From: Pristiophorus japonicus
Taxonomy: Eukaryota
DNA: 64,000 bases
NCBI RefSeq assembly: GCF_044704955.1
Contig: NC_091984.1
Location: 197,408,001 to 197,472,000 of the forward strand
Direction of reading: 5' to 3'
Positions within the stretch are counted from its first letter, which is position 1, and each line of letters begins with the position of its first letter. The notes beneath the pieces are model-generated. The model was not told the DNA's origin and did no database searches. It saw only the letters and a list, made by a program, of their open reading frames with translations. A program made the translations under genes and the position numbers. This document shows positions 1 through 15,200 of the stretch, one piece after another.

Positions 1-3000
1 TCCAATATCGCGCCTCTCGGTCAGTGCGGGTCCAGTATCGCGCCTCTCGGTCAGTGCGGGTCAGTATCGCACCTCTCGGTCAGTGCAGGTTCAGTACCGC
101 ACCTCTCGGTCAGTGCAGGTCCAGTATCGCGCCTCTCGGTCAGTGCGGGTCCAGTATCGCGCCTCTCGGTCAGTGCGGGTCAGTATCGCACCTCTCGGTC
201 AGTGCGGGTTCAGTACCGCACCTCTCGGTCAGTGCGGGTCAGTATCGCACCTCTCGGTCAGTGCGGTTCAGTACCGCACCTCTCGGTCAGTGGCGGTTCA
301 GTAACCCACCTCTCGGTCAGTGCGGGTTCAGTACTGCACCTCTCGGTCAGAAGGGTCAGTACCGCACATCTCGGTCAGTGTGGGTTCGGTACCTCACCTC
401 TCGGTCTGTGCGGGGTCGGTATCGCACCTCTCGGTCAGTGCGGGTTCGGTGCCGCACCACTCGGTCAGTGCAGGTTCGGTGCCGCATCTCTCGGTCAGTG
501 CGGGGTCGGTATCGCACCTCTCGGTCAGTGCGGGTTCGGTGCCGCACCACTCGGTCAGTGCGGGTTAGGTGCCGCACCTCTCGGTCAGAAGGGTCTGTAT
601 CGCACCACTCGGTCAGTGCGGGTTCAGTACGGCACCTCTCGATCAGTGCGGGTTCAGTATCTCACCTCTCGGTCTTTGCGGTTCGGTTTCGCACCTCTCG
701 GTCAGCGCGGGTCGGTTTTGCACATCTCGGTCAGTGCGGTTCAGTACCACACCTCTCGATCAGTGCGGGTTCAGTATCCCACCTCTCGGTCAGTGCGGGT
801 TCGGTATTGCACCACTCGGTCAGTGCGAGTTCAGTATCCCACTTCTCGGTCAGTGCAGGTCGGTAACGCACCTCTCGGTCAGCGCGGGTTCAGTATCCCA
901 CCTCTCGGTCAGTGCGGGTTCAGTATCCCACCTCTCGGTCAGTGCGTGTCAGTACCGCAACTCTCGGTCAGTGTGGGTCGGAATCGCACCGCTCGGTCAG
1001 TGTGGGTCGGTATCGCACCTCTCGGTCAGTGCGGGGTCAGGATCGCACATCCCGGTCAGTGCGGGTCAGTATCGCACATCCCGGTCAGTGCCGGTTCAGT
1101 ATCCCACCTCTCGGTCAGTGCAGGTTCAGTACTGCACCTCTCGGTTAGTGCGGGGTCAGTACCGCACCTCTCGGTCAGTGCGGGTCCAGTATCGCGCCTC
1201 TCGGTCAGTGCGGGTCAGTATCGCACCTCTCGGTCAGTGCGGGTTCAGTACCGCACCTCTCGGTCATTGTGGGTTCGGTACCGCACCTCTCGGTCAGAAG
1301 GGTCTGTATCGCACCTCTTGGTCAGAAGCGCACCTCTCGGTCAATGGTAGTTCGGTATCCCACCTCTCGCTCAGTGCGGGTTCAGTACCGCACCGCTCGG
1401 TCAGTGCGGATTCAGTACGGCACCTCTCGATCAGTGCGGGTTCAGTATCCCACCTCTCGGTCAGTGCGGTTCGGTTTCGCACCTCTCGGTCAGCGCGGGT
1501 CGGTTTTGCACATCTCGGTCAGTGCGGGTTTAGCACCGCACCTCTCGGTCAGCGCGGGTTCAGTATCCCACCTCTCGGTCAGCGCGGGTTCAGTATCCCA
1601 CCTCTCGCTCAGTGCGGGTTCAGTCCCGCAACTCTCGATCAGTGCGGGTTTAGTACCGCACCTCTCAGTCAGTGCGGGTTCATTACCGCACCTCTCGGTC
1701 AGCGCGGGTTCAGTATCCCACCTCTCGGTCAGTGCGGATTCCGTTCCGCATCTCTCGGTCAGTGCGGGTTCAGTCCCGCACCTCTCGGTCAGTGCGGGTT
1801 CAGTACCGCACCTCTCGGTCAGAACGGGTTCAGTATCCCACCTCAGTCAGTGCGGGTCAGTACCGCACCTCTCGGTCAGCGCGGGTTCAGTATCCCACCT
1901 CTCGGTCAGAAGGGTCAGTGCCGCACCTCTCGGTCAGTGCGGGTTCGGTACCGCACCTCTCGGTCAGTGCGGGTTCGGTACCGCACCTCTCGGTCAGTGC
2001 GTGTTCGGTATCGCACCTCTCGGTCAGCGCGGGTTCAGTATCCCACCTCTCGGTCAGAAGGGTCAGTGCCGCACCTCTCGGTCAGTGCGGGTTCGGTACC
2101 GCACCTCTCGGTCAGCGCGGGTTCAGTATCCCACCTCTCGGTCAGAAGGGTCAGTGCCGCACCTCTCGGTCAGTGCGGGGTCGGTACCGCACCTCTCGGT
2201 CAGTGCGGGTTCAGTACCGCACCTCTCAGTCAGAAGGGTCAGTACTACACCTCTCGGTCAGTGCGCGTTCAGTATCGCACCTCTTGGTCAGTGCGGGTTC
2301 AGTATTCCACCTCTCGGTCAGTGCGGGTTCGATACCGCACCTCTCGGTCAGTGCGGGATCAGTATCCCACCTCTCAGTCAGTGCGGGTCAGAATCGCACC
2401 TCTCGGTCAGTGCGTGTTCGGTACCGCACCTCTTGGTCTGAAGGGTTCAGTATCACACCTTGTGGTCAATGCGGGTCAGTATCGCACTTCTCGGTCAGTG
2501 CGGGTTCGGTATCCCACCTCTCGGTCAGTGCGGGTTCAGTACCGCACCTCTCGGTCAGTGGCGGTTCAGTATCCCACCTCTCGGTCAGTGCGGGTTCAGT
2601 ATCCCACCTCTCGGTCAGTGCGTGTCAGTACCGCAACTCTCGGTCAGTGTGGGTCGGTATCGCACCTCTCGGTCAGTGCGGGGTCAGGATCGCACCTCTC
2701 GGTCAGTGCGGGTCAGTATCGCACATCCCGGTCAGTGCCGGTTCAGTATCCCACCTCTCGGTCAGTGCGGGTTCAGTACTGCACCTCTCGGTCAGTGCGG
2801 GGTCGGTACCGCACCTCTCGGTCAGTGCGGGTTCGCTACCACACCTCGCGGTCAGTGCGGGTTCGGTACCGCACCTTTTGGTCTGAATGGTCAGTACCGC
2901 TCCTCTCGGTCAGTGCGGGTTCAGTACCCCACCTTTTGGTCTGATGGGTTCAGTATCGCACCTCTCGGTCAGTGCGGGTTCGGTATCCTATCTCAGTCAG

Positions 3001-6000
3001 TGCGGGTTTAGTACCGCACCTCTCGGTCAGTGCGGGTTCAGTATCCCACCTCTCGGTCAGTGCAGGTTTAGTACCGCACCTCTCGGTCAGTACGGGTTCA
3101 GTACCGCACCTCTCGGTCAGTGCGGGTTCAGTATCCCACCTCTCGGTCAGTGTGGGTTCAGTATCCCACCTCTCAGTCAGCGCGGGTTCAGTATCACACC
3201 TCGGTCAGTGCGGGTCAGTACCGCACCTCTTTGTCAGCGCGGGTTCAGTATCCCACCTCGGTCAGTGCGGGTCAGTACCGCACCTCTCGGTCAGTGCGGG
3301 TTCGGTACCGCACCTCTCGGTCAGAAGGGTCATTACTACACCTCTCGGTCAGTGCGCGTTCAGTATCGCACCTCTCAGTCAGAAGGGTCAGCACTACACC
3401 TCTCGGTCAGTGCGCGTTCAGTATCGCACCTCTTGGTCAGTGCGGGTTCAGCATCCCACTTCTCGGTCAGTGCGGGTTCGATACCGCACCTCTCGGTCAG
3501 TGCGGGATCAGTATCCCACCTCTCGGTCAGTGCGGGTCTGAATCGCACCTCTCGGTCAGTGCGTGTTCGGTACCGCACCTCTTGGTCTGAAGGGTTCAGT
3601 ATCACACCTTGCGGTCAATGCGGGTCAGTATCGCACTTCTCGGTCAGTGCGTGTTCGGTACCGCACCTCTCGGTCTGTGCGGGCCGGTATCACACCTCTC
3701 GGTCGCTGCGGGTCAGTATCACACCACTCGGTCAGTGCGGGTCAGTATCACACCTCTCGGTCAGTGCGGGTTCGGTATCCCACCTCTCGGTCAGTGCGGG
3801 TTCGGTATCCCACCTCTCGGTCAGTGCGGGTTCATTACCGCACCTCTCGGTCAGTGGCGGTTCAGTATCCCACCTCTCGGTCAGTGCGGGTTCAGTACTG
3901 CACCTCTCGGTCAGTGCGTGTCAGTACCGCACATCTTGGTCAGTGTGGGTTCGGTATCGCACCTTTCGGTCAGTGCGAGTTCGGTGCCGCACCACTCGGT
4001 CAGTGCAGGTTCGGTGCCGCACCTCTCGGTCATTGTGGGTTCGGTACCGCACCTCTCGGTCAGAAGGGTCTGTATCGCACCTCTTGGTCAGAAGCGCACC
4101 TCTCGGTCAATGGTAGCTCGGTATCCCACCTCTCGGTCAGTGCGGGTTCAGTACCGCACCGCTCGGTCAGTGCGGGTTCAGTACGGCACCTCTCGATCAG
4201 TGCGGGTTCAGTATCCCACCTCTCGGTCAGTGCGGTTCGGTTTCGCACCTCTCGGTCAGCGCGGGTCGGTTTTTGCACATCTCGGTCAGTGCGGGTTTAG
4301 TACCGCACCTCTCAGTCAGTGCGGGTTCAATACCGCACCTCTCGGTCAGCGCGGGTTCAGTATCCCACCTCTCGGTCAGCGCGGGTTCAGTATCCCACCT
4401 CTCGGTCAGTGCGGGTTCAGTCCCGCACCTCTCGATCAGTGCGGGTTTAGTACCGCACCTCTCAGTCAGTGCGGGTTCATTACCGCACCTCTCGGTCAGC
4501 GCGGGTTCAGTATCCCACCTCTCGGTCAGTGCAGATTCCGTACCGCATCTCTCGGTCAGTGCGGGTTCAGTCCCGCACCTCTCGGTCAGTGCGGGTTCAG
4601 TACCGCACCTCTCGGTCAGAGCTGGTCAGTACCGCACCTCTCGGTCAGCGCGGGTTCAGTATCCCACCTCTCGGTCAGCGCGGGTTCAGTATCCCACCTC
4701 AGTCAGTGCGGGTCAGTAACGCACCTCTCGGTCAGCGCGGGTTCAGTATCCCACCTCGGTCAGTGCGGGTCAGTACCGCACCTCTCGGTCAGTGCGGGGT
4801 CGGTACCGCTCCGCTCGGTCAGAAGGGTCAGTACCGCACCTCTCGGTCAGTGCGGGTCGGTACCGCACCTCTCGGTCAGTGCGGGGTCGGTACCGCACCT
4901 CTCGGTCAGTGCGGGTTCGGTATCCCACCTCTCGGTCAGTGCGGGTCCAGTAATGCACCTCTCGGTCAGAAGTGTCAGTACCGCACTTCTCGGTCAGTGT
5001 GGGTTCGGTACCTCACCTCTCGGTCAGTACGGGTCGGTCTCGCACCTCTCGGTCAGTGCCGGTCGGTATCGCACCTCTCAGTCTGAATGGTTTAGTATCA
5101 CATCACTCGGTCAGTATCACACCGCTCGGTCTCAAGGGTCGGTATCACACCTCTCGGTCAGTGCGGGTCGGTATCACACCTCTCGCTCTGTGCGGGTCGG
5201 TACCGCACCTCTCGGTCAGTGCGGGGTCGGTACCGCACCTCTCGGTCAGTGCGGGGTCGGTACCGCACCTCTCGGTCAGTGCGGGTTCGGTATCGCACCT
5301 CTCGGTCAGTGCGGGGTCGGTACCGCACCTCTCGGTCAGTGCGGGTTCAGTATCCCACCTCTCGGTCAGTGCGGGTTCGATACCGCACCTCTCGGTCAGT
5401 GCGGTTCGGTTTCGCACCTCTCGGTCAGCGCGGGTCGGTTTTGCACATCTCGGTCAGTGCAGGTTTAGTACCGCACCTCTCAGTCAGTGCGGGTTCAATA
5501 CCGCACCTCTCGGTCAGCGCGGGTTCAGTATCCCACCTCTCGGTCAGCGCGGGTTCAGTATCCCACCTCTCGGTCAGTGCGGGTTCAGTCCCGCACCTCT
5601 CGATCAGTGCGGGTTTAGTACCGCACCTCTCAGTCAGTGCGGGTTCATTACCGCACCTCTCGGTCAGCGCGGGTTCAGTATCCCACCTCTCGGTCAGTGC
5701 AGATTCCGTACCGCATCTCTCGGTCAGTGCGGGTTCAGTCCCGCACCTCTCGGTCAGTGCGGGTTCAGTACCGCACCTCTCGGTCAGAGCTGGTCAGTAC
5801 CGCACCTCTCGGTCAGCGCGGGTTCAGTATCCCACCTCGGTCAGTGCGGGTCAGTACCGCACCTCTCGGTCAGTGCGGGGTCGGTACCGCACCTCTCGGT
5901 CAGTGCGGGTCGGTACCGCACCTCTCGGTCAGTGCGGGTTCGGTACCGCTCCTCTCGGTCAGAAGGGTCAGTACCGCACCTCTCGGTCAGTGTGGGTTCG

Positions 6001-6229
6001 GTACCTCACCTCTCGGTCAGTATGGGTCGGTCTCGCACCTCTCGGTCAGTGCCGGTCGGTATCGCACCTCTCAGTCTGAATGGTTTAGTATCACATCACA
6101 CGGTCAGTATCACACCGCTCGGTCTGAAGGGTCGGTATCACACCTCTCGGTCAGTGCGGGTCCGTGCGGGTCGGTATCACACCTCTCGCTCTGTGCGGGT
6201 CGGTACCGCACTTCTCGGTCAGTGCGGGT

Positions 6230-9200
6230 TCGGTACCGCACCTCTCGGTCAGTGCGGGTCGGTACCGCACCTCTCGGTCAGTGCGGGGTCGGTACCGTAC
6301 CTCTCGGTCAGAAGGGTCAGTACCGCACCTCTCGGTCAGTGCGGGTTCGGTACCGCACTTCTCGGTCAGTGCGGGTTCGGTATCGCACCTCTCGGTCAGT
6401 GCGGGGTCGGTACCGCACCTCTCGGTCAGTGCGGGTTCAGTACCGCACCTCTCAGTCAGAAGGGTCAGTACTACACCTCTCGATCAGTGCGCGTTCAGTA
6501 TTGCACCTCTTGGTCAGTGCGGGTTCAGTATCCCACCTCTCGGTCAGTGCGGGTTCGATACCGCACCTCTCGGTCAGTGCGGGATCAGTATCCCACCTCT
6601 CGGTCAGCGCGGGTTCAGTATCCCACCTCTCGGTCAGTGCGGGTTCAGTCCCGCACCTCTCGATCAGTGCGGGTTTAGTACCGCACCTCTCAGTCAGTGC
6701 GGGTTCATTACCGCACCTCTCGGTCAGCGCGGGTTCAGTATCCCACCTCTCGGTCAGTGCGGATTCCGTACCGCATCTCTCGGTCAGTGCGGGTTCAGTC
6801 ACGCACCTCTCGGTCAGTGCGGGTTCAGTACCGCACCTCTCGGTCAGAGCTGGTCAGTACCGCACCTCTCGGTCAGCGCGGGTTCAGTATCCCACCTCTC
6901 GGTCAGCGCGGGTTCAGTATCCCACCTCAGTCAGTGCGGGTCAGTACCGCACCTCTCGGTCAGCGCGGGTTCAGTATCCCACCTCGGTCAGTGCGGGTCA
7001 ATACCGCACCTCTCGGTCAGTGCTGGGTCGGTACCGCACCTCTCGGTCAGTGCGGGTCGGTACCGCACCTCTCGGTCAGTGCGGGGTCGGTACCGCTCCT
7101 CTCGGTCAGAAGGGTCAGTACCGCACCTCTCGGTCAGTGCGGGTCGGTACCGCACCTCTCGGTCAGTGCGGGGTCGGTACCGCACCTCTCGGTCAGTGCG
7201 GGTTCACTATCCCACCTCTCGGTCAGTGCGGGTCCAGTACTGCACCTCTCGGTCAGAAGGGTCAGTACCGAACATCTCGGTCAGTGTGGGTTCGGTACCT
7301 CACCTCTCGGTCAGTACGGGTCGGTCTCGCACCTCTCGGTCAGTGCCGGTCGGTATCGCACCTCTCAGTCTCAATGGTTTAGTATCACATCACTCGGACA
7401 GTATCACACCGCTCAGTCTGAAGGGTCGGTATCACACCTCTCGGTCAGTGCGGGTCCGTGCGGGTCGGTATCACACCTCTCGCTCTGTGCGGGTCAGTAT
7501 CGCACCTCTCGGTCAGTGCGGGTCAGTACCGCACCTCTCGGTCAGAATGGTCAGTATCGCGCATCTCGGTCAGTGCGGGTCCGGTATCCCTCCTCTCGGT
7601 CAGTGTGGGTCCGCTACCGCACCTCCCGGTCAGTGCGGGTCCAGTATCGCGCCTCTCGGTCAGTGCGGGTCAGTATCGCACCTCTCGGTCAGTGCGGGTT
7701 CAGTACCGCACCTTTCGGTCAGTGGCGGTTCAGTATCCCACCTCTCGGTCAGTGCGGGTTCAGTACTGCACCTCCGTCAGAAGGGTCAGTACCGCACATC
7801 AGTGTGGGTTCGGTATCTCACCTCTCGGTCTGTGCGGGGGTGGTATCGCACCTCTCGGTCAGTGCGAGTTCGGTGCCGCACCACTCGGTCAGTGCAGGTT
7901 CGGTGCCGCACCTCTCGGTCATTGTGGGTTCGGTACCGCACCTCTCGGTCAGAAGGGTCTGTATCGCACCTCTTGGTCAGAAGCGCACCTCTCGGTCAAT
8001 GGTAGTTCGGTATCCCACCTCTCGGTCAGTGCGGGTTCAGTACCGCACCGCTCAGTCAGTGCGGGTTCAGTACGGCACCTCTCGATCAGTGCGGGTTCAG
8101 TATCCCACCTCTCGGTCAGTGCGGTTCGGTTTCGCACCTCTCGGTCAGCGCGGGTCGGTTTTGCATATCTCGGTCAGTGCGGGTTTAGTACCACACCTCT
8201 CAGTCGGTGCGGGTTCAATACCGCACCTCTCGGTCAGCGCGGGTTCAGTATCCCACCTCTCGGTCAGCACGGGTTCAGTATCCCACCTCTCGGTCAGTGC
8301 GGGTCAGTATCGCACCTCTCGGTCAGTGCGGGTTCAGTACCGCACCTCTCGGTCAGTGGCGGTTCAGTATCCCACCTCTCGGTCAGTGCGGGTCAATACC
8401 GCACCTCTCGGTCAGTGCTGGGTCGGTACCGCACCTCTCGGTCAGTGCGGGTCGGTACCGCACCTCTCGGTCAGTGCGGGGTCGGTACCGTACCTCTCGG
8501 TCAGAAGGGTCAGTACCGCACCTCTCGGTCAGTGCGGGTTCGGTACCGCACTTCTCGGTCAGTGCGGGTTCGGTATCGCACCTCTCGGTCAGTGCGGGGT
8601 CGGTACCGCACCTCTCGGTCAGTGCGGGTTCAGTACCGCACCTCTCAGTCAGAAGGGTCAGTACTACACCTCTCGATCAGTGCGCGTTCAGTATTGCACC
8701 TCTTGGTCAGTGCGGGTTCAGTATCCCACCTCTCGGTCAGTGCGGGTTCGATACCGCACCTCTCGGTCAGTGCGGGATCAGTATCCCACCTCTCGGTCAG
8801 CGCGGGTTCAGTATCCCACCTCTCGGTCAGTGCGGGTTCAGTCCCGCACCTCTCGATCAGTGCGGGTTTAGTACCGCACCTCTCAGTCAGTGCGGGTTCA
8901 TTACCGCACCTCTCGGTCAGCGCGGGTTCAGTATCCCACCTCTCGGTCAGTGCGGATTCCGTACCGCATCTCTCGGTCAGTGCGGGTTCAGTCACGCACC
9001 TCTCGGTCAGTGCGGGTTCAGTACCGCACCTCTCGGTCAGAGCTGGTCAGTACCGCACCTCTCGGTCAGCGCGGGTTCAGTATCCCACCTCTCGGTCAGC
9101 GCGGGTTCAGTATCCCACCTCAGTCAGTGCGGGTCAGTACCGCACCTCTCGGTCAGCGCGGGTTCAGTATCCCACCTCGGTCAGTGCGGGTCAATACCGC

Positions 9201-10586
9201 ACCTCTCGGTCAGTGCTGGGTCGGTACCGCACCTCTCGGTCAGTGCGGGTCGGTACCGCACCTCTCGGTCAGTGCGGGGTCGGTACCGCTCCTCTCGGTC
9301 AGAAGGGTCAGTACCGCACCTCTCGGTCAGTGCGGGTCGGTACCGCACCTCTCGGTCAGTGCGGGGTCGGTACCGCACCTCTCGGTCAGTGCGGGTTCAC
9401 TATCCCACCTCTCGGTCAGTGCGGGTCCAGTACTGCACCTCTCGGTCAGAAGGGTCAGTACCGAACATCTCGGTCAGTGTGGGTTCGGTACCTCACCTCT
9501 CGGTCAGTACGGGTCGGTCTCGCACCTCTCGGTCAGTGCCGGTCGGTATCGCACCTCTCAGTCTCAATGGTTTAGTATCACATCACTCGGACAGTATCAC
9601 ACCGCTCAGTCTGAAGGGTCGGTATCACACCTCTCGGTCAGTGCGGGTCCGTGCGGGTCGGTATCACACCTCTCGCTCTGTGCGGGTCAGTATCGCACCT
9701 CTCGGTCAGTGCGGGTCAGTACCGCACCTCTCGGTCAGAATGGTCAGTATCGCGCATCTCGGTCAGTGCGGGTCCGGTATCCCTCCTCTCGGTCAGTGTG
9801 GGTCCGCTACCGCACCTCCCGGTCAGTGCGGGTCCAGTATCGCGCCTCTCGGTCAGTGCGGGTCAGTATCGCACCTCTCGGTCAGTGCGGGTTCAGTACC
9901 GCACCTTTCGGTCAGTGGCGGTTCAGTATCCCACCTCTCGGTCAGTGCGGGTTCAGTACTGCACCTCCGTCAGAAGGGTCAGTACCGCACATCAGTGTGG
10001 GTTCGGTATCTCACCTCTCGGTCTGTGCGGGGGTGGTATCGCACCTCTCGGTCAGTGCGAGTTCGGTGCCGCACCACTCGGTCAGTGCAGGTTCGGTGCC
10101 GCACCTCTCGGTCATTGTGGGTTCGGTACCGCACCTCTCGGTCAGAAGGGTCTGTATCGCACCTCTTGGTCAGAAGCGCACCTCTCGGTCAATGGTAGTT
10201 CGGTATCCCACCTCTCGGTCAGTGCGGGTTCAGTACCGCACCGCTCAGTCAGTGCGGGTTCAGTACGGCACCTCTCGATCAGTGCGGGTTCAGTATCCCA
10301 CCTCTCGGTCAGTGCGGTTCGGTTTCGCACCTCTCGGTCAGCGCGGGTCGGTTTTGCATATCTCGGTCAGTGCGGGTTTAGTACCACACCTCTCAGTCGG
10401 TGCGGGTTCAATACCGCACCTCTCGGTCAGCGCGGGTTCAGTATCCCACCTCTCGGTCAGCACGGGTTCAGTATCCCACCTCTCGGTCAGTGCGGGTCAG
10501 TATCGCACCTCTCGGTCAGTGCGGGTTCAGTACCGCACCTCTCGGTCAGTGGCGGTTCAGTATCCCACCTCTCGGTCAGTGCGGGT
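6230..10586. repeat. Higher-order tandem duplication within the satellite, period 2193 bp
   Basis: Identical ORF translations are offset by exactly 2193 (6452/8645, 6697/8890, 6988/9181, 7458/9651, 7949/10142). Confidence 0.92.
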
Positions 10587-11640
10587 TCAGTACTGCACCT
10601 CTCGGTCAGAAGGGTCAGTACCGCACATCAGTGTGGGTTCGGTATCTCACCTCTCGGTCTGTGCGGGGGTGGTATCGCACCTCTCGGTCAGTGCGAGTTC
10701 GGTGCCGCACCACTCGGTCAGTGCAGGTTCGGTGCCGCACCTCTCGGTCAGAAGGGTCTGTATCGCACCTCTTGGTCAGAAGCGCACCTCTCGGTCAATG
10801 GTAGTTCGGTATCCCACCTCTCGGTCAGTGCGGGTTCAGTACCGCACCGCTCAGTCAGTGCGGGTTCAGTACGGCACCTCTCGATCAGTGCGGGTTCAGT
10901 ATCCCACCTCTCGGTCAGTGCGGTTCGGTTTCGCACCTCTCGGTCAGCGCGGGTCGGTTTTGCATATCTCGGTCAGTGCGGGTTTAGTACCACACCTCTC
11001 AGTCGGTGCGGGTTCAATACCGCACCTCTCGGTCAGCGCGGGTTCAGTATCCCACCTCTCGGTCAGCACGGGTTCAGTATCCCACCTCTCGGTCAGTGCG
11101 GGTCAGTATCGCACCTCTCGGTCAGTGCGGGTTCAGTACCGCACCTCTCGGTCAGTGGCGGTTCAGTATCCCACCTCTCGGTCAGTGCGGGTTCAGTACT
11201 GCACCTCTCGGTCAGAAGGGTCAGTACCGCACATCAGTGTGGGTTCGGTATCTCACCTCTCGGTCTGTGCGGGGGTGGTATCGCACCTCTCGGTCAGTGC
11301 GAGTTCGGTGCCGCACCACTCGGTCAGTGCAGGTTCGGTGCCGCACCTCTCGGTCAGAAGGGTCTGTATCGCACCTCTTGGTCAGAAGCGCACCTCTCGG
11401 TCAATGGTAGTTCGGTATCCCACCTCTCGGTCAGTGCGGGTTCAGTACCGCACCGCTCAGTCAGTGCGGGTTCAGTACGGCACCTCTCGATCAGTGCGGG
11501 TTCAGTATCCCACCTCTCGGTCAGTGCGGTTCGGTTTCGCACCTCTCGGTCAGCGCGGGTCGGTTTTGCATATCTCGGTCAGTGCGGGTTTAGTACCACA
11601 CCTCTCAGTCGGTGCGGGTTCAATACCGCACCTCTCGGTC
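10125..11640. repeat. Higher-order repeat within the satellite, period 606 bp (~2.5 copies)
   Basis: Identical ORFs at 10142/10748/11354 and at 10400/11006. Confidence 0.92.
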
Positions 11641-12229
11641 AGCGCGGGTTCAGTATCCCACCTCTCGGTCAGCGCGGGTTCAGTATCCCACCTCTCGGTC
11701 AGTGCGGGTTCAGTCCCGCACCTCTCGATCAGTGCGGGTTTAGTACCGCACCTCTCAGTCAGTGCGGGTTCATTACCGCACCTCTCGGTCAGCGCGGGTT
11801 CAGTATCCCACCTCTCGGTCAGTGCGGATTCCGTACCGCATCTCTCGGTCAGTGCGGGTTCAGTCACGCACCTCTCGGTCAGTGCGGGTTCAGTACCGCA
11901 CCTCTCGGTCAGAGCTGGTCAGTACCGCACCTCTCGGTCAGCGCGGGTTCAGTATCCCACCTCTCGGTCAGCGCGGGTTCAGTATCCCACCTCAGTCAGT
12001 GCGGGTCAGTACCGCACCTCTCGGTCAGCGCGGGTTCAGTATCCCACCTCGGTCAGTGCGGGTCAATACCGCACCTCTCGGTCAGTGCTGGGTCGGTACC
12101 GCACCTCTCGGTCAGTGCGGGTCGGTACCGCACCTCTCGGTCAGTGCGGGGTCGGTACCGCTCCTCTCGGTCAGAAAGGTCAGTACCGCACCTCTTGGTC
12201 AGTGCGGGTCGGTACCGCACCTCTCGGTC

Positions 12230-15200
12230 AGTACCGCACCTCTCGGTCAGTGCGGGTCCAGTACTGCACCTCTCGGTCAGAAGGGTCAGTACCGAACATC
12301 TCGGTCAGTGTGGGTTCGGTACCTCACCTCTCGGTCAGTACGGGTCGGTCTCGCACCTCTCGGTCAATGCCGGTCGGTATCGCACCTCTCAGTCTCAATG
12401 GTTTAGTATCACATCACTCGGACAGTATCACACCGCTCGGTCTGAAGGGTCGGTATCACACCTCTCGGTCAGTGCGGGTCCGTGCGGGTCGGTATCACAC
12501 CTCTCGCTCTGTGCGGGTCAGTATCGCACCTCTCGGTCAGTGCGGGTCAGTACCGCACCTCTCGGTCAGAATGGTCAGTATCGCGCCTCTCGGTCAGTGC
12601 GGGTCCGGTACCCTCCTCTCGGTCAGTGTGGGTCCGCTACCGCACCTCCCGGTCAGTGCGGGTCCAGTATCGCGCCTCTCGGTCAGTGCGGGTCAGTATC
12701 GCACCTCTCGGTCAGTGCGGGTTCAGTACCGCACCTCTCGGTCAGTGGCGGTTCAGTATCCCACCTCTTGGTCAGTGCGGGTTCAGTACTGCACCTCTCG
12801 GTCAGAAGGGTCAGTATCGCACATCTCGGTCAGTGTGGGTTCGGTACCTCACTTCTCGGTCTGTGCGGGGTCGGTATCGCACCTCTCGGTCAGTGCGGGT
12901 TCGGTGCCGCACCACTCGGTCAGTGCAGGTTCGGTGCCGTATCTCTCGGTCAGTGCGGGGTCGGTATCGCACCTCTCGGTCAGTGCGGATTAGGTGCCGC
13001 ACCTCTCGGTCATTGTGGGTTCGGTACCGTACCTCTCGGTCAGAAGGGTCTGTAGCGCACCTCTCGGTCAATGGTAGTTCGGTATCCCACCTCTCGGTCA
13101 GTGCGGGTTCAATACCGCACCGCTCGGTCAGTGCGGGTTCAGTACGGCACCTCTCGATCAGTGCGGGTTCAGTATCTCACCTCTCGGTCAGTGCGGTTCG
13201 GTTTCGCACCTCTCGGTCAGCGCGGGTCGGTTTTGCACATCTCGGTCAGTGCGGTTCAGTACCACACTTCTCGATCACTGCGGGTTCAGTATCCCACCTC
13301 TCGGTCAGTGCGGGTTCGTACCGCACTTCTCGGTCAGTGCGGGTTCGGTATTGCACTACTCGGTCAGTGCGAGTTCAGTATCCCACTTCTCGGTCAGTGC
13401 AGGTCGGTAACGCACCTCTCGATCAGTGCGGGTTCATTACCGCACCTCTCGGTCAGCGCGGGTTCAGTATCCCACCTCTCGGTCAGCGCGGGTTCAGTAT
13501 CCCACCTCTCGGTCAGTGCGTGTCAGTACCGCAACTCTCGGTCAGTGTGGGTCGGTATCGCACCTCTCGGTCAGTGCGGGGTCAGGATCGCACCTCTCGG
13601 TCAGTGCGGGTCAGTATCGCACATCCCGGTCAGTGCCGGTTCAGTATCCCACCTCTCGGTCAGTGCGGGTTCAGTACTGCACCTCTCGGTCAGTGCGGGG
13701 TCGGTACCGCACCTCTCGGTCAGTGCGGGTTCGCTACCACACCTCGCGGTCAGTGCGGGTTCGGTACCGCACCTTTTGGTCTGAATGGTTAGTACCGCTC
13801 CTCTCGGTCAGTGCGGGTTCAGTATCCTATCTCAGTCAGTGCGGATTTAGTACCGCACCTCTCGGTCAGTGCGGGTTCAGTATCCCACCTCTCGGTCAGT
13901 GCAGGTTTAGTACCGCACCTCTCGGTCAGTGCGGGTTCAGTACCGCACCTCTCGGTCAGTGCGGGTTCAGTATCTCACCTCTCGGTCAGTGCGGATTCCG
14001 TACCGCATCTCTCGGTCAGTGCGGGTTCAGTCCCGCACCTCTCGGTCAGTGCGGGTTCAGTACCGCACCTCTCGGTCAGAGCTGGTCAGTACCGCACCTC
14101 TCGGTCAGTGCGGGTCCAGTACTGCACCTCTCGGTCAGAAGGGTCAGTACCGAACATCTCGGTCAGTGTGGGTTCGGTACCTCACCTCTCGGTCAGTACG
14201 GGTCGGTCTCGCACCTCTCGGTCAATGCCGGTCGGTATCGCACCTCTCAGTCTCAATGGTTTAGTATCACATCACTCGGACAGTATCACACCGCTCGGTC
14301 TGAAGGGTCGGTATCACACCTCTCGGTCAGTGCGGGTCCGTGCGGGTCGGTATCACACCTCTCGCTCTGTGCGGGTCAGTATCGCACCTCTCGGTCAGTG
14401 CGGGTCAGTACCGCACCTCTCGGTCAGAATGGTCAGTATCGCGCCTCTCGGTCAGTGCGGGTCCGGTACCCTCCTCTCGGTCAGTGTGGGTCCGCTACCG
14501 CACCTCCCGGTCAGTGCGGGTCCAGTATCGCGCCTCTCGGTCAGTGCGGGTCAGTATCGCACCTCTCGGTCAGTGCGGGTTCAGTACCGCACCTCTCGGT
14601 CAGTGGCGGTTCAGTATCCCACCTCTTGGTCAGTGCGGGTTCAGTACTGCACCTCTCGGTCAGAAGGGTCAGTATCGCACATCTCGGTCAGTGTGGGTTC
14701 GGTACCTCACTTCTCGGTCTGTGCGGGGTCGGTATCGCACCTCTCGGTCAGTGCGGGTTCGGTGCCGCACCACTCGGTCAGTGCAGGTTCGGTGCCGTAT
14801 CTCTCGGTCAGTGCGGGGTCGGTATCGCACCTCTCGGTCAGTGCGGATTAGGTGCCGCACCTCTCGGTCATTGTGGGTTCGGTACCGTACCTCTCGGTCA
14901 GAAGGGTCTGTAGCGCACCTCTCGGTCAATGGTAGTTCGGTATCCCACCTCTCGGTCAGTGCGGGTTCAATACCGCACCGCTCGGTCAGTGCGGGTTCAG
15001 TACGGCACCTCTCGATCAGTGCGGGTTCAGTATCTCACCTCTCGGTCAGTGCGGTTCGGTTTCGCACCTCTCGGTCAGCGCGGGTCGGTTTTGCACATCT
15101 CGGTCAGTGCGGTTCAGTACCACACTTCTCGATCACTGCGGGTTCAGTATCCCACCTCTCGGTCAGTGCGGGTTCGTACCGCACTTCTCGGTCAGTGCGG